A stretch of DNA of 39,281 nucleotides from Barthelona sp. PAP020 (taxonomy: Eukaryota), in NCBI GenBank assembly GCA_040182905.1, contig JARQWU010000070.1:1-39281 (forward strand). The letters are read 5' to 3'. This document shows positions 20,901 through 31,695 of this stretch, piece by piece (position 1 is the stretch's first letter; every line of letters starts with the position of its first letter). The position numbers and the translations under genes were made by a program. The notes under the pieces are model-generated. The model searched no databases. It was not told where the DNA came from and saw only the letters and a list, made by a program, of their open reading frames with translations.

Positions 20901-22676
20901 ATGAGCAATGAAAGGCAAATGAAATTGCAACAATTGTTGCAAGAAAGCCAAATTCAAGCTGCTGCAATGGCTATGGAATGGCAAAATGTACAATCAAAAG
21001 ATAGTCCATTAGAATTAATAGCTGCAATGAATGAACAAAAAAATGCTTGCGAAGCGGTTATTGAAGCCAAAGATAAACTAATACGTGAATTAGAAGAACA
21101 AATTAGTCAAAAGGATGAAGGTTATGTTGATTCATTGAAACAACAACAAGAAGAAATTGATTTATTAATTAAAACGATGAGAACTAAATTGGAAAATGAG
21201 TCAAAAGAGTATGAAATGAAAATTGAACAATATGAAAAACAATTAAAGGGTGGATTGGACAAATTACTTCAAAATAAGAAAACTGAAACTGATGCTATAT
21301 TAGAAGCAAGAAGAAAAGATGAAGAAACATTCATTAATAAGATGGTTACACAATTGGATACTGACAGTAATTTTTTGTCTGAATTAAAGAGATCTCAAGC
21401 ACACAATAGTCATAATTTAACTATGAAATATTGGAAAGATTTACAGGAACAAGATTTGGAAATAGCGAAGAATCGGGCGAATTACCAACATAATGCTGAA
21501 AAGTTAGAGTTTAATCATACAATTTTACTACAACAATCTTCTGAAAATGAACAATTAATTCTCCAGCAAAAGAGAAAGATTGCTAAACTTCGAGATTATT
21601 TGATGAATCTACAAAGCACTTATAATGAAACAGAAAAAAAATTATCAGCAACAAATAATAAATTAACTGAAAAATTTAAAAAAATTACAAAAGATTTCAA
21701 AGAATTACAGAACAAATTCAATTTTTTCCTTAAAAATGACGACAAAAAGTTCATTGAAACATGGACTCATAATGAAACAAGAATTTTAGAAAAGATTAAA
21801 CGATTGTTTTTGATCGAAAAGATTATTAATGAACAACAATTGGCAATAAAGTGGGAATCACCTGATTTTACCAATCTGTTGCAGAAACCAAAATTCGTCG
21901 AAAGAAAATTATTTCAAGCAAATCATGATTTAGTTGATAATGAAAAGAATTTGGATCCTAATCTTATTGATATCAGCAAAAAAGATAGATTTTGGGAGAT
22001 TGTTTATGATCAACCTTTTGGACGTCAAGTTATTGACTTATTGTATCAAGAAGCTAGATTTTTGCTAAAAGAACCATATGATTTATCTAAGTTCAACAGT
22101 ATGGAAGATCAACAAGAAGCCACGCATTTACGGGAAAAAATTAAAAATAAAGAATTGAAAGAAATGTTTGAAGTTTTATACGTTCGTTCTGTGTTAGATC
22201 TAAATTTCTTAGTTCAATTCTTAACAGGTGGTGATGAAAGAAGAGGTGGAAATGATCTTGTTAGTCCTTCAGAAGTTATTGGTGCAGTGAGAAAATTTGT
22301 CGTTCAAAAATTAGATAGAGACAGAATGGAACAAGATGAAATCGATCAAGATGGTGTTAAAAATGTGCATCAAATATCATCACAACAATTGGCTAGAGAA
22401 AATGAAGAATCAATTGAATATTGGAATAGAATAGCCAATTGTCTTCCTGAAAATAAATTTAGAACTTGGAAATTATTGGAAAAAATTTTAATTGAGTACA
22501 AAGACAATTTAAATGCCAGAACAAAGTTGGTAGATGAAATCCAAGATTTGAAAAGACAGAATAGTGAATTCAAGCATCTTTTGAATCAATATTTAAGTGC
22601 TGATATCAATAATGAATTGTTGATTCCTCCTGCTCAAATTATTAGATTGCAACCAAATGCCAATGGAAACAATTGA
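20901..22676 (+). CDS. DRC1: Dynein regulatory complex protein 1 (CCDC164)
   Basis: QKNACEAVIEAKDKLIRELEEQISQKDEGYV (NYD-SP28-like), NAEKLEFNHTIL, and C-terminal LKRQNSEFKHLLNQYLSADINNELLIPP. Confidence 0.88.
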   Translation: MSNERQMKLQQLLQESQIQAAAMAMEWQNVQSKDSPLELIAAMNEQKNACEAVIEAKDKLIRELEEQISQKDEGYVDSLKQQQEEIDLLIKTMRTKLENESKEYEMKIEQYEKQLKGGLDKLLQNKKTETDAILEARRKDEETFINKMVTQLDTDSNFLSELKRSQAHNSHNLTMKYWKDLQEQDLEIAKNRANYQHNAEKLEFNHTILLQQSSENEQLILQQKRKIAKLRDYLMNLQSTYNETEKKLSATNNKLTEKFKKITKDFKELQNKFNFFLKNDDKKFIETWTHNETRILEKIKRLFLIEKIINEQQLAIKWESPDFTNLLQKPKFVERKLFQANHDLVDNEKNLDPNLIDISKKDRFWEIVYDQPFGRQVIDLLYQEARFLLKEPYDLSKFNSMEDQQEATHLREKIKNKELKEMFEVLYVRSVLDLNFLVQFLTGGDERRGGNDLVSPSEVIGAVRKFVVQKLDRDRMEQDEIDQDGVKNVHQISSQQLARENEESIEYWNRIANCLPENKFRTWKLLEKILIEYKDNLNARTKLVDEIQDLKRQNSEFKHLLNQYLSADINNELLIPPAQIIRLQPNANGNN

Positions 22677-22802
22677 GTAAAGTATGTATATTATTTTTTG
22701 TTTTTGAAAGCATGAAAAAAAATTGAATAAAAAACAAACAATAAAACACCAAAACACGGTTATTTATTATAATCATGGTGATTTCAGAACTAATTACCAA
22801 AC

Positions 22803-23389
22803 TTAGGCAGTATAGCGTTCCATAGCTTTAGTACGACGACGTTCACGAGCATTTTTGTTCTTTTCACGACGAGCATCAGCCTTATCAGTTTCAATGGTGA
22901 CACGCTTTTGTTCATTCTTGATGAAGTGAATACGTTCACGAAGAACAGTCTTGTTCTTGAAAGTGTTACCCTTAACTAAGAGATAGAGTTCATGATAAAG
23001 ATATCTATCAATCTTTCCATCACGACGATAACGTTGAAGTAAACGACGTAAGATTCTCATTCTACGAGTCCAAAGAATTTTGGAAGGCATACGAGCTTCA
23101 CGAGTACCGTGACGCTTACCAATACCGGCATGACGACCAAGACGATTAGCCATCATACGCTTTTTATGACGAGTAGTGGAGTGAATTTCAGTGGGGACCT
23201 TACGGATAAGTTTTTGAGAAATTAACTTCTTAACATCGGCACCTAAATATTAGATAGCTTCAAAATAAAATTCATACGATGAGCAGCAGCCTTGATTTCG
23301 GCAGCATCGGCAGGAGACATCCAGACGCGGTTCTTACCACATTTAAGGATAGAAGCAGCCAAACGTTTTTGTAAAGTAACAGAGACCAT
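22803..23389 (-). CDS. RPL19: 60S ribosomal protein eL19, 2 exons (23278-23389, 22803-23242), 183 aa
   Basis: [26 protein letters not shown]... joined to [20 protein letters not shown] and [17 protein letters not shown]. High-expression codon bias. Confidence 0.97.
23243..23277 (-). other. Spliceosomal intron, 35 nt
   Basis: GTATGA...ATCTAATATTTAG. Removal restores the eL19 frame. Confidence 0.93.
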
Positions 23390-23589
23390 GTGTGTTTAGG
23401 TGAAAAATATTTTTGGAAGAATTTTTTTTGTGTAAGTTTTCAACATTTTTTTTTTCTGCATCAATTTTTAAATTTCATAAATAACTTTCAAATACAATTG
23501 AATTATTTTGAAACTCTTTAATGATAAAATTATCTTTTTTGTTAAAAGTCTGAACAAAGAAGGTGAGAGATATTTTTATTTCTTTTTTA

Positions 23590-26500
23590 ATGCAACAACC
23601 ACCAATTCAACTTATTGAGAAGTTGAACTTAACAGATCATGGAATTGCCCAAGAAAGTATTAAATTTTCAACTGTATCAATGGGACCATCTTTCCTTGTT
23701 GTTAGAAATCAAGAAAATAATTCTATTGTAACTGTTAATATTAATGATTCTAATGATATTAATGAGACTCAAATATCAAAAGATTTAGCTATAGAAGGTG
23801 CTATTATGCATCCCACTGCTCTTCATATGTGTGTTAGAGCTCAAAATAAGGTTCAAATATGGGATTTAAAAGTTGGCAGTCGTTCAAAGAATATTGCTCT
23901 CAACGATTCTGTTAAACATTTTTGCTGGCCTGATCCTCAAACCTTTGCTATTATTACAGATAAAAGTGTGTATCATTGGGGATTTTCGAAAGCTGATCCA
24001 GTTGAAATGTTTGAATTATATTCTGATTTTTGTAATGGTCCAAACAAAAAGATTTTGGACTATTGTGTTGATGAAACAGGAAAATGGATGGTTGTTTCTG
24101 CTATGTCTGTTGATAATAGAATAATTTCTGGGTATATGCAATTGCATTCTATGGATAAGAAAGCCTCTAATCGTATTACTGGTTTTACTGGTACATTTTT
24201 AAATGCTTCAAATGGTGCTCCCGTCTTGTTATTCTCTGAAAGAGTTGCAAATCAACCTTCCAAGTATTCTTTCAAGGTTAATCCATTAGGTGCTTGTGAT
24301 ATTTCCAGACAAGAATTTGAATATGAATTAGGAAAGGCAGATGACACTCCATTTTCTATGTTTGTATCAAAAAAATATCAAATAGCCTTTTTATTTTCTC
24401 GTTTGGGTGAGATACTAATTTTTGATGTTCCTAGATGTGAGTTAATTGCACAAACCACAGCAAATAAACCATTCCCTGTTGCTTGTTCGGATGGAGCTGA
24501 TGGGGTATTTGGTTTGTTGAAAACTGGTGAACTGTACAACATTAAGATTGATGAGAATCGTATTGTACCTTACTTATTATCTGTTGGAAATCAAAAATTG
24601 GCCGTTTCTTTGAGCAGCAGATGTGGATTTGCTGGTGCTGAAACTTTATTTTCACAAAAATTCGAAATGGCTTTCCAACAACAAAATTATATCGCAGCAG
24701 CTACATGTGTTGCTAGATCTCCTGGTGGCTTTTTGAGGAATTCAAATACTTTAAACAGATTTTTACATTCTCCTCAACAACCTAATTCACCACCACCAAT
24801 CTTATTGTATTTTAACAAATTGATTGAAATGTGTGGGAAATTAAACGAAATAGAATCTGTTCATATTGCTGATATTCTATTTGGTCAAGGAAAGAGTGAT
24901 ATTTTGGATAGTATGATGGATAAGGGTCAATTGACTCCATCAGAAGGTTTAGGTGATATCATTAGAAAGAAAGGAGGAATGAACTTTTTGAAATTAGCAT
25001 TGAAAGTTTATAATTTAGCGAAATGTTACAATAAGACAATAGTTTTATTTGCTGAAATGGGTAGATTTGATGGTTTGATTAAATATGCTAAACGTGTTGA
25101 ATATGAACCTAATTATGTTCAATTATTGGAGGATTTTGCTAGAAAGAGTCCAGAAATTATTGTTCCATTTGCTAAATTAATTTTAAATCCAAGTGAAGTT
25201 GATCCAGCTTATACTGAACCTTTGGCTCAACCTTTAGATGTGTTAAAGATCTTATTCCAATATGGTCAAACTATTCCTGCTTCTGAAATGGGTGTTGAAT
25301 TGATGAAATTTGAACAATTTGTTGAAGATACTGATGCCAGTTTTGCATTACAAACAATGATTTTAGAACAGAATCTTTTGGTTGACAATTTCGAATTATT
25401 CAAAAGAATGTTAGAACAACAAGAATTGTTCAATAATTTTGATAAGCCTAAGATTGCGTTATTATGTGAAGAAAAAGGTTGGTATAATCTAGCTTTACCT
25501 TTATGTGTAACCATTGAAGATATTAAAAGAGTGTTAAAATATGCTCAAAACATTAGTATTGATGATTTAAGATATTTCTTCAATAATGTAGCAGATGATT
25601 TGAAGTTTGCTTGTTTAAAGGAAGTAATTTCATTGAACAACCCTCAATTTGCTGGTTTAATTGTAGATATAGCCATCAATAATACTTCTTTAATTGGTGA
25701 AATTTCTTTAATTCCACTTATTGAATCAATGAATCAACCAAATGCTTCTTATAGATATTTATCTACCGTAGGACCTTATTCTGAAGAACCAGAAGTTGTT
25801 TTCAAGTTTATTGAAGCTGCTGTTAAGTCTGGACATATTTCTCAAGATGATTCTTTGAATGCTGTTTTACGTGATAACGATTATTATGATGCTTCAAGAG
25901 TTTGTAACTTTTTAATGGATTCTAAATTACAAGATCAATTACCTTTAGTTATTGTGTGTAATAAACATGGTTTTATTGACAAGTTGATTACTTACTTGTA
26001 TAACAATAAGATGTGGGATTATATCAAGATTTTTGTTCAGCAATATGATACTTCAAAAACTCCTTTAGTTATTGGTGTTTTATTAGATATGGGTGTTTCC
26101 GAAGATTCTATCTTATCTTTATTGAATGGAGTTGATAATGTTAATGTAGCTGAAGTCATTGATGTAGTTGAAGAAAAGAATCGTTTGAGAGTTTTGAAAG
26201 GATATTTAGAATCATTAGTTCAACGTGGTAATACTGATGTGAGTGTTCATACCGCATTAGCAAAAATCATTGTTGATACTAATACCAACGCTCTTGATTT
26301 CATTCAAGAAAATGAATTGTATGATACTCTTAAAGTGGGTACATATTGTGAAGATAGACATCCAAGATTGGCAGCAGAGTGTTATATCAAAGGAAAACAT
26401 GATGAAGAATTTTTAAATATCACATCTAAAACAAAATTATATCGTATTCAAGCAAGAGAAGGTATTCATAGACAAGATTCTGAATTTTTGGGAAGAATTC

Positions 26501-28491
26501 TTAACAATGTTGAAGAAAGAACCAGAGTTATTGAAGAAATAATTTCTGTTATCATTCCAGAGACAAATGATGATCGTATGATTTCATTTGCTGTTCAATG
26601 TTTCTTTAAATATGAATTATTTGATGAAGTTGTTAGAATGTTAGATCGAATTATTTTCCAAAAGACTGAATTCAGTGAAAATTCAAAATTACAGACTGTT
26701 TTGTTGATTTCAGCATTTAAAGCCAATTCTTCTAGACTTGAGAGTTATATTAAGCGTTTGAACTGTTATGATGTTGAAAAAGTCATTAACAATGCTATCA
26801 AAGTTGAAAAGTATGATGAAGCATTCGTTTTATGTGAAAAACATGAACAATATGATACTGCTGCTGATATTTTAATTCAACATATGCAAGATTTAGTAAA
26901 GGCTGAGGAATTTGCTATAAAGATGAATTTACCAAGTATTTGGACTAAATTAGGTGAAGCTAAGTTGGAAATACCAAATATCACAGAAGCTATTGAATGT
27001 TTCTTAACTTCTAAAGATATTTCTAGTTATTTACGAGTAATTGATGTTTTCCGTTCTTCATCAAAGAGTGTTGATGATTATGATGAATTGTTGAATAAGT
27101 ATATCAAATATTTGCAGTTGGTACGAAGTTCGATTTCTGATAACAATGTTGATACTGAATTGTGTTTTGCTTTTGCCGCCTCTAAAAAATTAACAGAGTT
27201 AGAAGCACTGATTAATGGTTCTCATTCAATCAATATTGGTTTTGTAGCTGATAAATGTTTTGAAGATGAACATTATCAAGCAGCTAGAATTCTATATTCT
27301 GCTGATAGAAATCATATCCGTGTATCTCAAACATATTTGAGAATGGGTGAATTTTCTGAGGCTATTGAGTCTGCCAGACTTTCAAATTCTGTCTCTGTAT
27401 GGAGAGAAATTACTTTCAAATGCATTGATGCAAAAGATTATAGAAACGCTCAAATTGCTGCAATCAATATTATCAATCAAGATTCAGAATTAGAAAACAT
27501 TATTCGTCACTATGAAGAGTTAGGATTAATTGAAGAATTGATCAAATTATTAAGAAATGGTGTTGATATGGGACATGGATTAACAACTACAACTGAATTG
27601 GGTATTTTATATGCCAAATATCAACCTGAAAAGCTTGCAGATTATTTAGTTACAAGAGGAACAAGAATTAATGTTCATAGAATGTGTCAAATTTGTGAGA
27701 AGTATAGATTGTGGAAAGAAGTGGTTATGCTTTATTTAACAGATAATGATTTTGATTCTGCTGTTAGAACCATGTTAGACTACCCTGTTGTAGCATTCAA
27801 TCATGAAAAGTTCATTGAAAATCTCGCCAAATGTATCAATACTGAGTTAAGTTATGATGCTATTTCTTTCTATGTTCAAACATATCCAGAATTGTTGTGT
27901 GATTTATTCAATGTGTTGGATAGAGCAGACAGAGGAAGAATGATTGAGATTATTAATGAAAAGGATGCCACATTCTTGATAAAATCTTGGTTACAAAAAG
28001 AACAAGTTGAAGACTTGAGTGTTATCAATGAAGCCATTAATGAGATATATCTAAAAGAATTTGATTATACTTCATTGAGATTGAGTGTTGAAAAATATTG
28101 GAATTTTGATCGTTTAAAACTCGCACAATCTTTGGAAGAGCATGAGCTATTAGAATTTAGGAAAATTGCTAGTTATATTTACAGAAGATCTGATATGTTT
28201 AAACGTTCTTTAGAGTTGTCAATGAAAGATAAAGAATATGCAGATTGTATGACAACTGCAGCTACTTCTCAAGACGAAGAAACCATTTTGAAATTGCTGA
28301 ATTATTTCATTGAACAAAAGGAAAACGATGCTTTTGCTGGTTGTTTGATTTCTTGCTCTAAATTTATTCGACCTGATAAGGTTTTGGAATTGAGTTGGAA
28401 GAATGGTTTGAATGACTTTGCTATGCCTTATTTCATTGAATACATACGTTCAACAGAAGAAAGATTAAAAAAATTGGAAGAAAAAAAATAA
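23590..28491 (+). CDS. CLTC: Clathrin heavy chain (divergent)
   Basis: 1633 aa from ATG 23590. AIMHP, SPGGFLRNSNTLNRF, PILLYF, DQLPLVIVCNKHGF, VHTALAKI, TELGILYAKYQPEKL, LEEHELLEFRKIA, IRPDKVLELSW, DFAMPYFI. Confidence 0.97.
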   Translation: MQQPPIQLIEKLNLTDHGIAQESIKFSTVSMGPSFLVVRNQENNSIVTVNINDSNDINETQISKDLAIEGAIMHPTALHMCVRAQNKVQIWDLKVGSRSKNIALNDSVKHFCWPDPQTFAIITDKSVYHWGFSKADPVEMFELYSDFCNGPNKKILDYCVDETGKWMVVSAMSVDNRIISGYMQLHSMDKKASNRITGFTGTFLNASNGAPVLLFSERVANQPSKYSFKVNPLGACDISRQEFEYELGKADDTPFSMFVSKKYQIAFLFSRLGEILIFDVPRCELIAQTTANKPFPVACSDGADGVFGLLKTGELYNIKIDENRIVPYLLSVGNQKLAVSLSSRCGFAGAETLFSQKFEMAFQQQNYIAAATCVARSPGGFLRNSNTLNRFLHSPQQPNSPPPILLYFNKLIEMCGKLNEIESVHIADILFGQGKSDILDSMMDKGQLTPSEGLGDIIRKKGGMNFLKLALKVYNLAKCYNKTIVLFAEMGRFDGLIKYAKRVEYEPNYVQLLEDFARKSPEIIVPFAKLILNPSEVDPAYTEPLAQPLDVLKILFQYGQTIPASEMGVELMKFEQFVEDTDASFALQTMILEQNLLVDNFELFKRMLEQQELFNNFDKPKIALLCEEKGWYNLALPLCVTIEDIKRVLKYAQNISIDDLRYFFNNVADDLKFACLKEVISLNNPQFAGLIVDIAINNTSLIGEISLIPLIESMNQPNASYRYLSTVGPYSEEPEVVFKFIEAAVKSGHISQDDSLNAVLRDNDYYDASRVCNFLMDSKLQDQLPLVIVCNKHGFIDKLITYLYNNKMWDYIKIFVQQYDTSKTPLVIGVLLDMGVSEDSILSLLNGVDNVNVAEVIDVVEEKNRLRVLKGYLESLVQRGNTDVSVHTALAKIIVDTNTNALDFIQENELYDTLKVGTYCEDRHPRLAAECYIKGKHDEEFLNITSKTKLYRIQAREGIHRQDSEFLGRILNNVEERTRVIEEIISVIIPETNDDRMISFAVQCFFKYELFDEVVRMLDRIIFQKTEFSENSKLQTVLLISAFKANSSRLESYIKRLNCYDVEKVINNAIKVEKYDEAFVLCEKHEQYDTAADILIQHMQDLVKAEEFAIKMNLPSIWTKLGEAKLEIPNITEAIECFLTSKDISSYLRVIDVFRSSSKSVDDYDELLNKYIKYLQLVRSSISDNNVDTELCFAFAASKKLTELEALINGSHSINIGFVADKCFEDEHYQAARILYSADRNHIRVSQTYLRMGEFSEAIESARLSNSVSVWREITFKCIDAKDYRNAQIAAINIINQDSELENIIRHYEELGLIEELIKLLRNGVDMGHGLTTTTELGILYAKYQPEKLADYLVTRGTRINVHRMCQICEKYRLWKEVVMLYLTDNDFDSAVRTMLDYPVVAFNHEKFIENLAKCINTELSYDAISFYVQTYPELLCDLFNVLDRADRGRMIEIINEKDATFLIKSWLQKEQVEDLSVINEAINEIYLKEFDYTSLRLSVEKYWNFDRLKLAQSLEEHELLEFRKIASYIYRRSDMFKRSLELSMKDKEYADCMTTAATSQDEETILKLLNYFIEQKENDAFAGCLISCSKFIRPDKVLELSWKNGLNDFAMPYFIEYIRSTEERLKKLEEKK

Positions 28492-28599
28492 GATGAAAAA
28501 TGATTTATTGTGTTTCTTTTTGAATAAATGTTTGTGATTACTGTTTTTTATTGACCTTTTTAGAAATTTTTAAATTTTTTAAGCAAAGAGTAATAAAGA

Positions 28600-29007
28600 T
28601 CATGAAGACCTAAGCTGTTCATTTTCCCTGATATAATCCCCTAAATTTTCCATAGCTTCAGCACAAGAAGCAGGATAAACACCATCATTATACAATCCAA
28701 CTAAAACATATTTAAACGTTTTTACACATATAATTCCCTCAGTACCAGATCTGGCATATATTCCTTCATTATCTGCTCTAACTGCTGTGTACAAAAGACT
28801 ATTAAATTCAACTCCAACACGACAAATTGTGTCTCTGTTATCAAAAATGGTACAAAAATACTTAATTTGAGGTTGAGATAAAGTCCTGGTCGAATGATGA
28901 TAAATTAATCGAGTATTTTCACAATCATAAATGAATACTTCAGAGGCTGAATTATCCCCAGTAATAAATGAACTTACTAAAGAAACCCAATCAAATTCTT
29001 CCTTCAT
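28600..29007 (-). CDS. Profilin family protein (divergent, profilin-4-like)
   Basis: W near the N-terminus, GVEFNSLLYTAVRADNEGIYAR, GIICVKTFKYVLVGLY, AMENLGDYIRE. Confidence 0.88.
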   Translation of the reverse strand: MKEEFDWVSLVSSFITGDNSASEVFIYDCENTRLIYHHSTRTLSQPQIKYFCTIFDNRDTICRVGVEFNSLLYTAVRADNEGIYARSGTEGIICVKTFKYVLVGLYNDGVYPASCAEAMENLGDYIRENEQLRSS

Positions 29008-29209
29008 TATTAATTTTGTACCTGTCAAAAAAAATTTTAAAAAAAAACGAAACGTGTTTTAAATCGGACAACAACACACAATAAAAATTACTTTGAATAT
29101 GTACAATCAAAAATATTTACATAGCTTTCAAAGCACAAACATCAATTTGAATCATTATCAAAAAAAAAAATATTAAAAGACAACATTAAATTTACAATTT
29201 ATTAAAGAA

Positions 29210-29995
29210 TCATTCTATTCGCTTTAACAACTCAATGAATTCAAGATATAAATCTGGATATGAATCATTCAACAGATTATTGGCAGTTTGTGTAATATCA
29301 AATTTTGTAATTTGCCCATCATTAAACCTTTTCAAAGCTTGTAAAAAGGAAGAACAAGCATCATATGATAACACTTCCTTTAACTTTTGGAAAAACAATG
29401 AATCATTGGAAAAAGAAGGCTTCTTTTCTTCAACAACCCTTGATGTCTTCGTTGTGTTAACAACTCCTGTTGCAAATGGTGTTGAAAGCACCTGATTAGC
29501 ATTAGAAGATGCATTATCTGCAAACAATGGTCTTGGAATAGATGAACGAGTAGTTGAAAAGGCGTCTGCATAGGAAGACGTTTTAATGGGTGATGTAGTC
29601 GATTTTAAAGACATTGAAGCAGATAAATTATTGTTCAACCTAATTGGACTTTGAGAAGTACTCATTGACTCATCATTTAATGAAGTAACTATTCTCGATC
29701 TAAATTGATTTAATTTAGCTATTTTTTCAGTCAAATTGACAACTTTATTTGATAAATGACTTTTTTCCTTCAATAGACTTTCATGGTCCCTTTGTAAATT
29801 TTCAATTTTATCATTCTTTTGCTTTTGTTCATTCTCCAAAGCCTTTAATCGTTTTTCAAGAATTAATATATGTTCATTCTTTGAATTCAATTCGGAATTC
29901 AATTCTGAATTTCTCTTTTTTAAAGTTTCACTTTGACTTTTGTAAGCAGTTTGTACTTGAATTATTGCTTGATCTAATAATTGATCTGGGTCCAT
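29210..29995 (-). CDS. Coiled-coil protein with At4g15545-like C-terminal helical domain
   Basis: N-terminal coiled coil ending KIAKLNQFRSRIVTSLNDE, a Ser/Thr-rich linker, and C-terminal FFQKLKEVLSYDACSSFLQALKRFN...PDLYLEFIELL. Confidence 0.7.
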   Translation of the reverse strand: MDPDQLLDQAIIQVQTAYKSQSETLKKRNSELNSELNSKNEHILILEKRLKALENEQKQKNDKIENLQRDHESLLKEKSHLSNKVVNLTEKIAKLNQFRSRIVTSLNDESMSTSQSPIRLNNNLSASMSLKSTTSPIKTSSYADAFSTTRSSIPRPLFADNASSNANQVLSTPFATGVVNTTKTSRVVEEKKPSFSNDSLFFQKLKEVLSYDACSSFLQALKRFNDGQITKFDITQTANNLLNDSYPDLYLEFIELLKRIE

Positions 29996-30084
29996 TCTAA
30001 TTGAAAATTTTCAATTTGAAAAAAAAAAATTTTTTTTGTGTTGCATCACTTTTCCTCATTTACACAATTATAAATATTCCTTAT

Positions 30085-31181
30085 TTACTCAAGTTCTTCA
30101 ATATTCCATAAAACCAATTTACCATCAAATCCAATAGTAGATATAGTTTTATCATTATAACGTTTAACATCTGAAATTGGCAATTGATACAAAGTTTTCT
30201 TTGAAAAATCCATTTCAGATGCACCAACACCCAATTCTGATTCTCTTTGAAATCTATGTATGGCTTTACCAATTCCTGAACCTATTTTCTTCTTTTTACT
30301 TTCCTTTTTATCCAATGAACGAACTTCTTCAATCAGACTCCCATTCATTCTATATAGGAACGGTTCACAATCAAATCCAACACCAATAAAATACTCATCA
30401 TTCAATGGCAATAACTTTGTTATCGGCAAATGGTCCATTAACAGAGTTGAACACTCATCAGTCTCCAGATTCCATGCATATAAACTTGAAGCTTGTAGAG
30501 CTCCAATAACAAATGAACCACAACAACATAAAGAATTAACCCAAGAACCAACATTTCGAGCAGAAACTTTCTTGTAACGTTCACCCTCATCAGTCAAAAC
30601 ACGATTAGAAACAATGATATTTGAATCAGTACCACCAGAAATGAAAACAGAACCATTGTTTTGTTCACAAAAACAGTTAACACATGATTTGTGTGGTTGT
30701 TTTGTTGTAGAATGATATGAGGAAACAGTTTTATCTGCATTGTATTGTAATTGTCCAATTCTACCACGAGAAGTTACAAATAACAAATAATTTCCATCTT
30801 CAGTGAATTTTATTTGATTTACAGATCTTCTTGCATCAGAAGATACCCTGAATCGGAAAAAATCATTTTTCTCTTCATCATATTGCCAAACGTTGACTGA
30901 ATGATCATCACTAGAAGAAGCTAATCGATTGGAAACAGGACACCAATCTAAACTTGTAATTCGTCCCAAATGAACTTTTAAAGTTGTTGATAATTGAAAA
31001 TCAATAGTTTCATTATCATGAACAACATCATAAACTCGAATTAAATCATCATTAAATGATATTACCAATTCTACAAATGTTAGTTCATTAAATACAATAA
31101 ATTACTTTTTCTATCAGGACTCCAAGTGTGTACAGATAGTTGAGATTCAAAATCAAACTGTGAAAGAATCGAATTGGACAT
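30085..31181 (-). CDS. ARPC1: Arp2/3 complex subunit 1 (p40), 2 exons (31106-31181, 30085-31070), 353 aa
   Basis: HTWSPDRKKLVISFND, HLGRITSLDWCPVSNRLASSSDD, IGVGFDCEPFLY, ISTIGFDGKLVLWNI. Confidence 0.88.
31071..31105 (-). other. Spliceosomal intron, 35 nt
   Basis: GTAATT...GAACTAACATTTGTAG. Removal supplies the ATG and the first WD strand of ARPC1. Confidence 0.9.
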
Positions 31182-31484
31182 CTAAAAGATAATATTGTTG
31201 TAAAAATTGTAGATTTTTTTCTTCATCTTACAAGCTGTAACCAAACATTTATCCAAAAAATAGATTTGTATTTATTATATAAGTGTTAAAGACAGAAATT
31301 TCGCAGAATTTTCAGACAATTGTTTTTTTTTGTTAACAAAGCTGATTTTCTTTTTTTTTCTCAAAGATATCAATCAAACAATCAATTAATTATTAGTGAA
31401 TCAAAGAAAAACATACTATCCAAATAAAACAAAAATGTGTGGTCTTGGACTCTTTTTAACAATTTAAGTTTACTCTTCAATGTA

Positions 31485-31557
31485 TCCGATATAGTCTACT
31501 TGGTTAGGATAGTGGGTTTTCACCCCGCAGAACCGGGTTCGAATCCCGGTATCGGAG
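31485..31557 (+). tRNA. tRNA-Glu (TTC)
   Basis: Acceptor TCCGATA/TATCGGA, anticodon arm GTGGG-TTTTCAC-CCCGC, T arm CCGGG-TTCGAAT-CCCGG, followed by T-run TTGTTTTT. Confidence 0.97.
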
Positions 31558-31585
31558 TTGTTTTTAGTCCCAATATCAAAAGAAA

Positions 31586-31599
31586 GAGGATCGAGTCTG
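31586..31599 (+). promoter_or_regulatory. Putative external B-box-like motif GAGGATCGAGTCTG
   Basis: Identical 14-mer at the equivalent position behind tRNA-Gly. GGATCGAGTCT resembles the B-box consensus GGTTCGANTCC. Confidence 0.6.
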
Positions 31600-31607
31600 A
31601 AATTATC

Positions 31608-31679
31608 AAATTATTGAGACCTTTCACCACACTGCACANNNNNNNNNNAAATTATTGAGACCTTTCACCACACTGCACA
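31608..31679. other. 10-N scaffold gap (31639-31648) flanked by an exact 31-bp direct duplication
   Basis: AAATTATTGAGACCTTTCACCACACTGCACA at 31608-31638 and 31649-31679. Confidence 0.95.
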
Positions 31680-31695
31680 AAAGAATTAACACAAA

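Noticed and set aside
23590..31181. Functional cluster of clathrin, profilin and ARPC1
   Set aside because: Mixed orientations, and no shared regulatory motif was seen. Chance adjacency in a compact genome is sufficient.
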